Source: Rubripirellula sp.
GTDB taxonomy: Bacteria > Planctomycetota > Planctomycetia > Pirellulales > Pirellulaceae
Length of the DNA: 64,000 nt
Reading direction: 5' to 3'
NCBI GenBank assembly: GCA_965216875.1
Contig: OZ244207.1
Span: forward strand, 256,001 to 320,000
In this document: positions 30,401-38,659 of the stretch, one piece after another
How the letters are laid out: each line of letters starts with the position of its first letter
Position numbering within the stretch: the first letter of the stretch is position 1
Made by a program: the position numbers and the translations under genes
Notes under the pieces: generated by a model
What the model was told of the DNA's origin: nothing
Database searches by the model: none
Seen by the model: only the letters and a program-made list of their open reading frames with translations

Positions 30401-32478
30401 AAGCGATCGGCAGTGATGGTCGTGCCGCCCGCTTGAGTGACTAAGCCGATGGCCCCGCCTTGTTCACTCAATCGAAGTGTTCCCGAAGCCGCTGATGTGT
30501 CTCCCAATTGAATCGACGACGCGTTGGTGACCACAATGGCTTCGGTTGCCCGGTTGCCAACCAAGTTGCCATCGGATGTGTCGACGCGTCCGGCACCAGC
30601 GTCGATTCGGATCTGTCCAGCACGGCTATCGACGACCGCATCGTTTTCGACGATTACCAAGTCGTTTCCGCGGATGATGACATCGCTCGCGACCCCCGAT
30701 CCCGATGTGGTGATGTCTGCAGCGATGCGCACGGTGCTCGCAGTTAGATCGAGGCTCTCGCCAAGATTCACGGTGCCATCAATGCGTGCCGTTCCCCCAG
30801 CGGAAAGGTCAAGGCTCTGAGGCAATGAGACTTCATACGCGATGGTCGCATCGTCGCCAGCGGAAACGTTCAGGTCGCCGGTACCGACTTGGCCTTGGAC
30901 ACGACCGGCAAGCGTCACGCTGCCAGCCGAACGGATGTCGGTTTGGTTGACCGGTAACCGTAGCGCCGTATCGAATTGAATGTCGCCGTCACCCACCGTT
31001 TCGACCAGATTGCCTGACAGAGTTGTTTCGGTTGCTTGAAGATCGATCACGCCACCGACAACCCGCACCGAGTTGATCTCGATGCGATCGGCAAGCACTT
31101 CGAGTCCATTCAAATCTTCCGCTGTCGGTTCACTCAAGCTGCCGAACGGGGTGCTGAAGGTCACGGTCCCGTCGACGTCGGCTCCACGAGCATCCACGCG
31201 CAACGTGTCGTTGCCAGATCCGGTTGAGGAGATTGTGTCAAAGAACTGAATCTGCCCTGCGATTGACGCTTGTGTCGCGCGGCCGGAATCGAAAAGAACC
31301 GTCCCCTCGATTTCGACATCTCCGTCGATCCCAATGTTTCCACCAGAACTGCGAACGTCGACATCGCGCAAAGCGATGTCGGATGATGACAATTCAATGC
31401 CACCCGTCGATGCCTCTAAGTCGTCGCCGATGACAAGCTGATCACCAGCTGCTAATCGAATCCGATCCGATGTGATCGGCGCCTGGATATCGATTGCTTG
31501 ATCGGACTGGATCACCGTTGATTGCGAAACCAAGTCGGCGTTCACCTCAACGGAATCGGCAACTCCATCGATCGCGATTTGGCCAGCGACTTCGAAGGCT
31601 TGTCCGTCAAACGCAACCGTACCAGCGCGCAGGATCGAGACGTCTTGAATCAAGTCACCTGCCGACGCATCGGCATCGCCGAGCAAAGCGAGAGAACCGG
31701 TGCCAGCGAGATCGATTTGCAACAGCGTTCCCGGTTGGAACGCCGAAAGTGTGCTTGACGAAAAGTCGATCGCAGCGTTTGCGCCAACGAACGATACATC
31801 GCCGGCGAAGAGGAGGTCGCCGTCGACGGTGAAGCTACCCGTCGCTAAATCGACTTGGGTCGCGGTGTTCGAATTACCAAGCACCACCGAGCCGGTCAGG
31901 TCTAAGGTGTCGCCGCCTAGAGCAACGCGGGGCTGTGGGCCGAATTCAATGGTGTCCGAATCGACGGTGACTAGGTTCCCATTGGATGACCCAGCACTTC
32001 CAAACTCGAGTGTGGTCGAATCGTCACCCAGCGACGGCAACACCGAGACGTCGAGTCCGGTTGGCAATTCGAGGTCAAGTTGATCGTCGCCGCCGAGCAT
32101 GTCGAAGACGATTTGGCCGCCCGTGACATCGGCTGGATTCAGTGGCGACGTTTCGGCGCCCGGTCCATCGGGATGATTGGTGATCGGGATGACGGTTCCA
32201 CCACCGTCGCGCAACAAAAGCTCGCCGGCGCTGTCGACATCAAGATCGACACTTTCCGCACCATCAGTGCCGGTAACAAACAAACCCAAAGCGGTCAGTT
32301 CGGCGGTCGCATTGAGAACCAACCGCGGCTCGAGCGGTCGCACTTGCGGGCGAAACGCCTCCGGCTCGGCGGCGATGGCCGCTCTGTTGCGAACGATCAG
32401 TCTGCGCAGAAGACGACGCAAGGAAAACGCGTTGACACGGTCGAGCGATGGTCGCTGGGATTGTGCTCGAGCGCACAT
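27484..32478 (-). CDS. Large LEPRxLL-motif extracellular protein with beta-solenoid-like repeats (1664 aa)
   Basis: Basic N-terminus followed by PLEPRLVLN. G/D/S/T/V-rich repeats resemble filamentous adhesins. Hydrophobic plus basic C-terminal tail. Confidence 0.8.
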   Translation of the reverse strand: MCARAQSQRPSLDRVNAFSLRRLLRRLIVRNRAAIAAEPEAFRPQVRPLEPRLVLNATAELTALGLFVTGTDGAESVDLDVDSAGELLLRDGGGTVIPITNHPDGPGAETSPLNPADVTGGQIVFDMLGGDDQLDLELPTGLDVSVLPSLGDDSTTLEFGSAGSSNGNLVTVDSDTIEFGPQPRVALGGDTLDLTGSVVLGNSNTATQVDLATGSFTVDGDLLFAGDVSFVGANAAIDFSSSTLSAFQPGTLLQIDLAGTGSLALLGDADASAGDLIQDVSILRAGTVAFDGQAFEVAGQIAIDGVADSVEVNADLVSQSTVIQSDQAIDIQAPITSDRIRLAAGDQLVIGDDLEASTGGIELSSSDIALRDVDVRSSGGNIGIDGDVEIEGTVLFDSGRATQASIAGQIQFFDTISSTGSGNDTLRVDARGADVDGTVTFSTPFGSLSEPTAEDLNGLEVLADRIEINSVRVVGGVIDLQATETTLSGNLVETVGDGDIQFDTALRLPVNQTDIRSAGSVTLAGRVQGQVGTGDLNVSAGDDATIAYEVSLPQSLDLSAGGTARIDGTVNLGESLDLTASTVRIAADITTSGSGVASDVIIRGNDLVIVENDAVVDSRAGQIRIDAGAGRVDTSDGNLVGNRATEAIVVTNASSIQLGDTSAASGTLRLSEQGGAIGLVTQAGGTTITADRFVAITESDINLSNVGNEFRLIESVQAREVAITDSVGDLIVQSINSSGNDVDIRSSGDVFLFDSAIVAGDANASVTAGRTIADASGTDLPNLLAGDVSLVASAIGMDTNFVDILATSSVSANTENANGDVFIASIGIAMPIGLFNAGDGNVSLIADSINDASADDTVDLQSRRLSLLADAGIGNTNRLELRGLAELEAVTTDGGIDLALEATRATVVESLMAVTGDLRLTQEGLRDTAPLTLASVVAQDGAITVDAGGPLTAVDVVSENLSAIDDSIAGTTSRDVRLTTRGDQSDLFVGQVVAANSADVHLHSADDLFDTDLGDQNRIVADDLEIISANLTPDQQQAVDLSINVNDVTAIVEGPHRGDLRLTEVDDLRLASSDAMTDDIVHTENGEVVVRATGLIHVVDFDVRDEGPDLKLDPEVLAQGTNGRIDFQSDTEIRLDDAVQLVAEKQTVRTPMTFQVESAGENPQTTTEIRDVVSRENAAVFLLAGTTPDTGVITLGENIEINTGDDQGVARKFAPRPVDTIDFDKDADDNPETAFFDVGSVRTNILEQADVNNATGILTLDIGAEGERGLTVNIDWGAPTFRFQQIDGLSADAAYDVPLLVEGPGSDPDDGETRVVQAPVRTRNAPPLLNVEHKYTESNILFTRFNDRESETKPIEVRFSVRHHESIVVLGSTVQQAGATETLPPLPEESLPPRDFPATIGQPQNRVVSSTDNDAPTLHDPNRNLTHLNGEASFIIPNLSIPVAFFPVRDVIPDVEQPEFFVTTEASVALTDTQSESIESASSATVAREEYFRIRVLSPDPNAEQDLAEPTRLPNDILSGDKLQRLLKGSPEEGTPGLPDGRYEIEYVLGDGNERSIFRFDLRDGVPTSPSDGLDEGELKLEHLPTDLTAPSLPEPGKAASEDSADWQPPVLPEHPRPINDNATRDGQTAMVATTALLPFAVTKLKRKRPFSAAARFARGRDRQ

Positions 32479-32630
32479 TGGTTTTCTCGTAGCTGCTGTC
32501 CCAAAAACGGGCGAGCAAGGCTACGGCTCGCAGGGACTGGATCCAACCACCATATTAGTCGGAACTCGCTTTGGCGTCAGAACGAAGCGACGGCGTTTGG
32601 CTGGTGGAACCAGGTGTCGGTGAGCGCGAG

Positions 32631-32841
32631 GTAGCTACCTTCGCCAGAAGGTGGTCTGTGTTGGCAGACGGCCACCCACCATCCCACGCTCTGGCGAGCG
32701 TAGCTACGTACTGAGGAGAGCAAAGCCCGGCCGCTTACGCGATCGCGGCTCAAGAGGGCGCGAGGTAGCTACCTTTGCCAGAAGGTGGTCTGTGCTGGCA
32801 GACGTCCACCCACCACCCCACGCTCTGGCGAGCGTAGCTAC
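32631..32841. repeat. Composite REP/BIME-like cluster: family A doublet + family C palindrome + family A doublet
   Basis: GTAGCTACCTTCGCCAGAAGGTGG...CCACGCTCTGGCGAGCGTAGCTAC at 32631-32707, with a near-identical copy at 32765-32841. ccgcttacgcgatcgcggctca at 32731-32752. Confidence 0.88.
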
Positions 32842-32889
32842 GGCGTTTGAATCCGTTTGATGTCAGGCCGTTTCGGACCGCAATGCGGC

Positions 32890-33447
32890 TCAGGCAGCCA
32901 GCGAGTTTTGGCCAAGCGACGATTCACCTGCCAGGGATCGACGCCGGCTTTGAGCCATTTGGCGCGACAGTTCGAAGCAGCCGAACATCAGCACGGTGAA
33001 GAACAAGTCACCGGCAATCGTGTAGCCGAAGAAGGGGATCGCGTTGAAGTAGCAGGTGCCCAGTCCGGCAGCGGTCATCGGGTACCAACCTGCCATCCAG
33101 ACGCCAAAGTTGCTCAACAGGAAGAAGCTGGCCGAAGCAGCGAGCGAGCCGGCCGGGATGCGAACCCAACGATTGCCCTCACGCAAGTGGCGACCGATTG
33201 GAACGGTCACCATGGCGGCGATGTAGACCATCGCCATCGCGACGGGGCTGTAGAAACCCATTCCAGGCACAGCAAAGATCTGACCAACCACATCGCTGAT
33301 GAGCAGCACGGCCAAGGGGACCAAATAGGCTCGGCGCCCCGTCATGTAGCACCCTGCAAACAGCCCGAGAGCTCCCAGGCACGCAACGTTTGGCGGGTGG
33401 GGCAGGAAACGGCTGACAGCGACGACGAGGGTGAGGACGTAAAACAT
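32890..33447 (-). CDS. DUF6580-like putative membrane transport protein (ECF S-component-like)
   Basis: SRFLPHPPNV, ALGLFAG, SFFLLSNFGVW, YPMTAAGLGTCY...AIPFF. About six TM segments. Confidence 0.7.
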   Translation of the reverse strand: MFYVLTLVVAVSRFLPHPPNVACLGALGLFAGCYMTGRRAYLVPLAVLLISDVVGQIFAVPGMGFYSPVAMAMVYIAAMVTVPIGRHLREGNRWVRIPAGSLAASASFFLLSNFGVWMAGWYPMTAAGLGTCYFNAIPFFGYTIAGDLFFTVLMFGCFELSRQMAQSRRRSLAGESSLGQNSLAA

Positions 33448-33605
33448 GAATGAACCAGACGGGCCAGAATTCGAGGAATTGCTTCACACTGTTCTAGCGT
33501 TTTTCAGAGGCGGGCAAAAGACGGCTCCTGTCTGTTTGCCCGATCGCATTGCCCGGTGCCTCGCACAGCCCTGAATCGGCATCGTCGCTGTGGGGAAGTG
33601 GTCGC

Positions 33606-34301
33606 TTACGGGAAGGCGACGATGACCCCGGCAACCACCCCCGCCTGAACCACGGCCGCATTTCGCTCGAGCGGTGGGCGTTGAAGCATCACGGGGCCAC
33701 AGGATCCCGAGCGATAATAGCCCATGGTCGATTCGCACTCACAGGGCGGCCGAACCGTCATCAAGTAGGGCATCATCGGAACGGTCGCGAAGAACCGAGC
33801 TCCACTGGTAATCGGCGTCAAACAGGGGAAGCGTTCTTGCCCGTGCCGTTCGAGCATTCGATCTTCGAAGTACCGTGGATGCGAAAACGTATTTGCCGCA
33901 GCCCAATTCGAAACGGCCCAATTCCAGTCTTCCCCACGTTCACGCGCGTCTTCGGGCAGCGGCTGGGTTGGTGATGGCTTGCCACCGCGGAAACCCTCCG
34001 GAATGCGTCCGTTGCCAATGCTGCCGGTTTCCGTCGAAACGGCGGCGATCGGTGGGAGTGCGAGGCCGCCATCTTGTACCTGCGGCAACCATTGCTCACG
34101 TTCGCGAACCATTTCGCTGATTTCCTGTTCGACGCGATCAGGCGTGTCAGCGGGAATGAGCGGGATGTCACTCGGACTTACCGGTTGACGCTGTTCGGGA
34201 ATACGATTGATCGGTTCTTCTTGGCCGATCGCACTTCCGATGGTCATGGTGCAGACGAGTGATGCCAGCGCAGCGCGCAGGGAGGTTGAAGACATCTTCA
34301 T
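33606..34301 (-). CDS. Conserved planctomycete-type exported hypothetical protein
   Basis: Signal peptide, WAAANTFSHPRYFEDRMLERHG, MGYYRSGSCGP, hydrophobic C-terminus. Confidence 0.75.
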   Translation of the reverse strand: MKMSSTSLRAALASLVCTMTIGSAIGQEEPINRIPEQRQPVSPSDIPLIPADTPDRVEQEISEMVREREQWLPQVQDGGLALPPIAAVSTETGSIGNGRIPEGFRGGKPSPTQPLPEDARERGEDWNWAVSNWAAANTFSHPRYFEDRMLERHGQERFPCLTPITSGARFFATVPMMPYLMTVRPPCECESTMGYYRSGSCGPVMLQRPPLERNAAVVQAGVVAGVIVAFP

Positions 34302-34510
34302 CGTTAGGGTCCATCAATTCTTTGGGGAGGTCATTCAATGCAATCGACTGACCGGCCCCGGCAAATCAAATGCTTCACCTCCCCGACCAACAACCATCAC
34401 AAAGATCAGAACCGCAACCGCAGAGAGTCCAAACTCGTCGTCGTTCATCCGCTAGGATCCGAACCACCGTTGCGTTCCGCACCCGTGAACAACCGACGCC
34501 CGCTTGGGAA

Positions 34511-34574
34511 GTTCGTAGTACCGAGCATTAGCCGAGATCTTCAGACGCTTCCGCCTAAAGGCGGGACTACGAAC
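34511..34574. repeat. REP-like family B inverted doublet
   Basis: gttcgtagtaccgagcattagccg...ccgcctaaaggcgggactacgaac, approximately the reverse complement of 8724-8787. Confidence 0.8.
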
Positions 34575-34720
34575 CGCGACGCAGTGCGGCTGAGAGAGCG
34601 TTGCCACCGGGAGAGTGCGGCGGCGATTGGGACGAAACGGTTGTGTCGATCGTTTCGTTTGCCGGTTCCGTCGAACAAGGTATGGTTAAGGGAACGTCGT
34701 CCAACGAAACGAGCGGTGAC

Positions 34721-35692
34721 ATGGCTGAGAATGAAGAGAGACGCGAAAAGATTCGCCCGCAGCGAGCACGCATGGGCTTGCCAGCGCGGCTGGCGTTTTC
34801 TGCGTTGTTTTTTGGCGGAGCAGCCTACTTTGTTTCGCAGACCGATTACGTCTTGGCTGCCTTTCTTGCCGCAACCGGGATCGCCGCCTTTGGTGGCTAC
34901 CGCGCCGGAGCTGTCCGCATCTTTGGAACGCTCATCGCCTTCACCGCGGCAATCCTTGTTGCACCCAGTATCGGGATGGGCAACGAAGAACGTTTCGCCG
35001 GCTGGTTCGGCACAACGGGACTGACCAATCGAGTCCTTGCCATCGGCGCGGTGGGGATCCTGATCTCGATGATTGTGTCGATGATCACCTTCCTCGTGGC
35101 GGGCATGTTCCTTGCAAAACGTCCGAAACTCGATTCCGCGAATCGATGGCTTGGTTTCGGGATCGGTGCTGCGGAGGGAATGATCGGAATCTTGTTGCTG
35201 CTTGGTGGTTTGTTGATCATCGAGCCAACGCTGCGCGATCGCATGGCAAAGCTCAACGCAGCCGACGCCCAGCGCGCACGTGTCGCCAATTGGGTGCTCG
35301 CCGTCAACGACAATGTGCATTCGAGTCGGGTTGGCCATTTGGTCGAACAATACAACCCGTTCAAACTCGTTCCTCAACTCAACAAGCTCGAAGAAATCCA
35401 GCAGAGCGTTACCGTACTGAGCGACCCACAAAAGATTGACGAGCTGATTCAACACCCGTCCATCAAAGACCTTCAAAAGCGACCCGAAGTGAAACAGGCC
35501 GTTCGCTCGTTGATGCAGGATCCTGAGATCAAAGAGATTCTCAGTTCGGGAAAGAGAATTGATCGCGATTCAGCGATGAAGTTTCTCAATCATCCCGCGG
35601 TGCTGGAATTGATTGACCAGCCCGGCTTCACCGAAGAAGCTTATCGAATCATTCAAGAATCGGGCGCGATGCCATTTGCGCCGACACGATGA
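34721..35692 (+). CDS. CvpA (colicin V production) family membrane protein
   Basis: GYRAGAVR, ANRWLGFGIGAAEG, several TM segments, soluble C-terminal extension. Start placed at ATG 34721. Confidence 0.75.
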   Translation: MAENEERREKIRPQRARMGLPARLAFSALFFGGAAYFVSQTDYVLAAFLAATGIAAFGGYRAGAVRIFGTLIAFTAAILVAPSIGMGNEERFAGWFGTTGLTNRVLAIGAVGILISMIVSMITFLVAGMFLAKRPKLDSANRWLGFGIGAAEGMIGILLLLGGLLIIEPTLRDRMAKLNAADAQRARVANWVLAVNDNVHSSRVGHLVEQYNPFKLVPQLNKLEEIQQSVTVLSDPQKIDELIQHPSIKDLQKRPEVKQAVRSLMQDPEIKEILSSGKRIDRDSAMKFLNHPAVLELIDQPGFTEEAYRIIQESGAMPFAPTR

Positions 35693-35703
35693 GCATGCGG
35701 ACC

Positions 35704-35949
35704 GTAGATACCTTCGCCAGAAGGTGGTTTGTGTCGGCAAACACTCGGCCATCACCCCACGCTCTGGCGAGCGTAGCTACGGTGAGTTATGGGCCCGGCC
35801 GCTTACGCGATCGCGGCTTACGGTGACGAGATGTAGCCACCTTCGCCAGAAGGTGGTTTGTGTTGGCGAGCGGACAACCGCCACCCCACGCTCTGGCGAG
35901 CGTAGCTACGGTGAGTTATGGGCACGGCCGCTTACGCGATCGCGGCTCA
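35704..35949. repeat. Tandem BIME-like units (family A doublet + family C palindrome) x2
   Basis: Doublets at 35704-35780 and 35833-35909, each followed by ggtgagttatgggc..ggccgcttacgcgatcgcggct. Period about 129 bp. Between convergent genes. Confidence 0.88.
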
Positions 35950-35975
35950 GTGGAGTGCTGCTTGCTTAATTTTGC

Positions 35976-36527
35976 CTACTTCTTTTCGCTCTCGTCTTTC
36001 TTGTCGGATTCTTTGACAAACCGAAGCGAAGCACTGTTCATGCAGTAGCGTTTTCCGGTTGGTTTCGGTCCGTCATCAAACACGTGCCCCAAGTGGGCTC
36101 CGCAGCGTTTGCAGTGGACTTCAACGCGGGTGTAAAAGAGTTTGTTGTCGGTTCGAAAACCGACGCTCTCGCGTTTCATCGGTGCCCAGAAACTTGGCCA
36201 CCCGGTACCCGACTTGTACTTGGTGTTGCTGGTAAAGAGATCGCGATCACAAACGATGCACTTGTAGACCCCGTCGACCTTGTTGTTCCAATACTTGTTG
36301 CGAAACGCTTTTTCGGTCGCTTCGTTCTGAGTCACGTCGTATTGCATCCTGGAGAGCTTGCGACGCAGTTCGGCTTGCGAGGGTTTGACGTACGGCTTTT
36401 CTTCCTCGGCTTCGGCGCCCTTTTCCTGGGCGACCTCCTGCGGCGATGAGGCTTCATCATCAGCGACGACCTGCCAGGAAAGTCCTGTCAGTGAAATCGC
36501 GATCGCAATAAACAACGTTTTCTTCAT
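35976..36527 (-). CDS. msrB: Peptide-methionine (R)-S-oxide reductase with signal peptide
   Basis: VTQNEATE, YKCIVC, KYKSGTGWPSF, EVHCKRCGAHLGHVFDDGP, RYCMNSASL. Signal MKKTLFIAIAISL... from ATG 36527. Confidence 0.95.
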   Translation of the reverse strand: MKKTLFIAIAISLTGLSWQVVADDEASSPQEVAQEKGAEAEEEKPYVKPSQAELRRKLSRMQYDVTQNEATEKAFRNKYWNNKVDGVYKCIVCDRDLFTSNTKYKSGTGWPSFWAPMKRESVGFRTDNKLFYTRVEVHCKRCGAHLGHVFDDGPKPTGKRYCMNSASLRFVKESDKKDESEKK

Positions 36528-36663
36528 CGTCTCACTCCAGGGCTGGTGAGTGGGCAGAGTTTCAGTTGTTTGTCGGTTAATATGGAGCCATCGATTGTTC
36601 GAGAGCTTCCAAATACCGTGACGGAAGACGCCCGCGAGCACCTTCCGCTTGACCAAACATTAT

Positions 36664-37752
36664 ATGTCGACCGTCCAGCTGCGCGAAATCAAACATTCCT
36701 ACGGCCCGCGCAGGGTCCTCGACGGCTTGAATTTGACCGCGGAGTCGGGGCGATACGTGGTTTTGCTGGGCGAGAGCGGTTGTGGCAAAACCACAACCCT
36801 TCAATTGATCGCCGGCCTTCAGAAACCGTCATCGGGCAGCGTTCTGTTAGATGGCCAACCGATCGACGGTGTTCCGCCCAGGCGTCGCGATGTGTCGATG
36901 GTCTTCCAGCATGACGCCCTCTACCCCCACCTGACCGTCCGCGGATCGATCGAATTCGGCTTGCGAAAAATCGTCGCCGGCAAGGAGCTGCCAAGGCGGA
37001 TCGAAGAGGCGGCGGAATTGGCCGGCGCGACGGGCCTGCTCGATCGTTACCCCGACAAGCTGAGCGGCGGCGAACTACGCCGGGCGTCGATTGCCAAAGC
37101 CATCGCGCGGCGAGCATCGGTGAGGCTGATGGATGAGCCAATGTCGGCGCTCGATGCATCCGTTCGGCACGAGTTGCAACAGGATCTGTTGAATTGGCAT
37201 CGGAGCACTTCGGGGACGACCCTGCACGTGACCCATGATGGTGCCGAAGCGATGCGGATGGCCGACGACATCGCGGTCATGAAGGGAGGACGGATTGTTC
37301 AGCTCGGTGAGCCCGAAGAAATCTACCGTCGCCCGGAGCACCTTGCCGTTGCCAAAGCAATCGGTTGGCCGCCGATGAATGTGATCCCGGCGAATGTGAT
37401 TCAGGGAGGAGCTGCTTCAATCGTAGGGCCCACTCCTGAGTTGGCCGCGCCATGGGTTGTCGGCTTCCGAGCAAATGCGATTGAGATCGTCGCCGCTGGG
37501 AACGATCAAGCGACGTCGGGGGCTTCGGTGAACAGCGGTCTTTTCCTCGACGTTCATGTCGAATCTGCACAGTTTGTCGACGGTCGAATTCAGATTTCGG
37601 GTCTCTGTGGAACCGAGTCGATCTTGGCGTCCGCCCAAACGGGTGCCGCATTGACGGTCGGGTCGGCGATGCGTTGGCACGTCGACGCGCGCGAGCTGCA
37701 TTTCTTCTCGGTCGAAAGCGGGCATCGAATCGACGTCGAATCAGTCGGCTGA
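36664..37752 (+). CDS. ABC transporter ATP-binding protein (MalK/PotA-like)
   Basis: GESGCGKTT, MVFQ, LSGGE, LMDEP, HVTHD, TOBE-like C-terminus. Confidence 0.93.
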   Translation: MSTVQLREIKHSYGPRRVLDGLNLTAESGRYVVLLGESGCGKTTTLQLIAGLQKPSSGSVLLDGQPIDGVPPRRRDVSMVFQHDALYPHLTVRGSIEFGLRKIVAGKELPRRIEEAAELAGATGLLDRYPDKLSGGELRRASIAKAIARRASVRLMDEPMSALDASVRHELQQDLLNWHRSTSGTTLHVTHDGAEAMRMADDIAVMKGGRIVQLGEPEEIYRRPEHLAVAKAIGWPPMNVIPANVIQGGAASIVGPTPELAAPWVVGFRANAIEIVAAGNDQATSGASVNSGLFLDVHVESAQFVDGRIQISGLCGTESILASAQTGAALTVGSAMRWHVDARELHFFSVESGHRIDVESVG

Positions 37753-37784
37753 CGTAGCGCCGGTTCGTTCGCTACGATGCCTGG

Positions 37785-38546
37785 ATGGAATACCTTGTTT
37801 CCCTCCTGCCGTTTGTCCTTGTCGTTTGCATTGGCATCTTCGTTCAATCGGCGACCGGATTCGCAGCAGGTTTGTTGATCGTGCCGACGCTGATGTGGTT
37901 CGGCTACTCCATTCCCGAAGCCCAATGCGCGCTGCTCGTCGCGACCGTGCCACAGAATGTTTGGGGCGTTTGGAGCCTGAGGGATTCGGTCGAGTTCAAG
38001 CAGACGCTGTGGCCTGGAATTGGTCGCATCAGTTTCTTGCCTCTCGGCGTGATCGCTCTTCGATCGATCGAAGCATTGGACGTGACGACGCTGCGCCAGA
38101 TCGTCGGTGCCATCGTCTTGTTGGTGACTCTCGCGGTCATGTCGTTTCGTCCCGCCCCGCGCGAGAAACTGCATCCCATTTGGACGCTCGTCGCCTTTCC
38201 AATCAGCGGATTCTTTCAAGGGCTGGTTGGGATGGGAGGTCCGGCGATGGTCTTTTGGGTACAAGCCCATGATTGGAGCAGCCGGAAGATGCGTGCGTTT
38301 ATGTTCTCGATGTACTTGGTCAGCATCGCCCCGGCGCTTCTGTTCCTTTACCTCGCTTTTGGCGATCGCATTATCCAGCCTGCGGTGGTCACGACCCTGC
38401 TGGTGCCGCTATTGTTGCTGGTGACGTATTACGGGTTGCGATTCGGAACGTGGTTGGGGCGCGCTCGGTTGAGACGCGTGTCGATGGTCCTGCTGCTGTT
38501 GATCGGTCTTGCTGGACTTGCCGCGCCCCTGATCACGCCGAATTGA
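37785..38546 (+). CDS. Sulfite exporter TauE/SafE family membrane protein
   Basis: VQSATGFAAGL, SGFFQGLVGMGGP. About eight TM segments. Confidence 0.85.
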   Translation: MEYLVSLLPFVLVVCIGIFVQSATGFAAGLLIVPTLMWFGYSIPEAQCALLVATVPQNVWGVWSLRDSVEFKQTLWPGIGRISFLPLGVIALRSIEALDVTTLRQIVGAIVLLVTLAVMSFRPAPREKLHPIWTLVAFPISGFFQGLVGMGGPAMVFWVQAHDWSSRKMRAFMFSMYLVSIAPALLFLYLAFGDRIIQPAVVTTLLVPLLLLVTYYGLRFGTWLGRARLRRVSMVLLLLIGLAGLAAPLITPN

Positions 38547-38659
38547 ACCTTGAGTCCTTATCGATGCTCGATGCGATCGCTTGCCCCAACGGCTGATCGC
38601 TTTACCCCGCCGGCCGGTCACCTTCGCTCGCCGGCTGCATGCCTGGAGTTTGAAATCCG

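Noticed and set aside
32651..32860. 69-aa ORF containing PRSGERSY (also 35613-35969)
   Set aside because: It is a translation of REP family A repeats, not a gene.
33448..33605. Cobalamin riboswitch upstream of the DUF6580-like transporter
   Set aside because: No B12-box or GCCACTG/GGGAAG elements are visible on the minus strand, and the spacer is short.
34335..34448. 37-aa minus-strand ORF (MNDDEFGLSAVAVLIFVMVV...) upstream of the 34301 gene
   Set aside because: It has a hydrophobic stretch but no clear ribosome-binding site or other support.
34338..35476. ORFs 34338-35024(+) and 34541-35476(-)
   Set aside because: They are shadow frames over the CvpA-like gene and a REP element, with no motifs.
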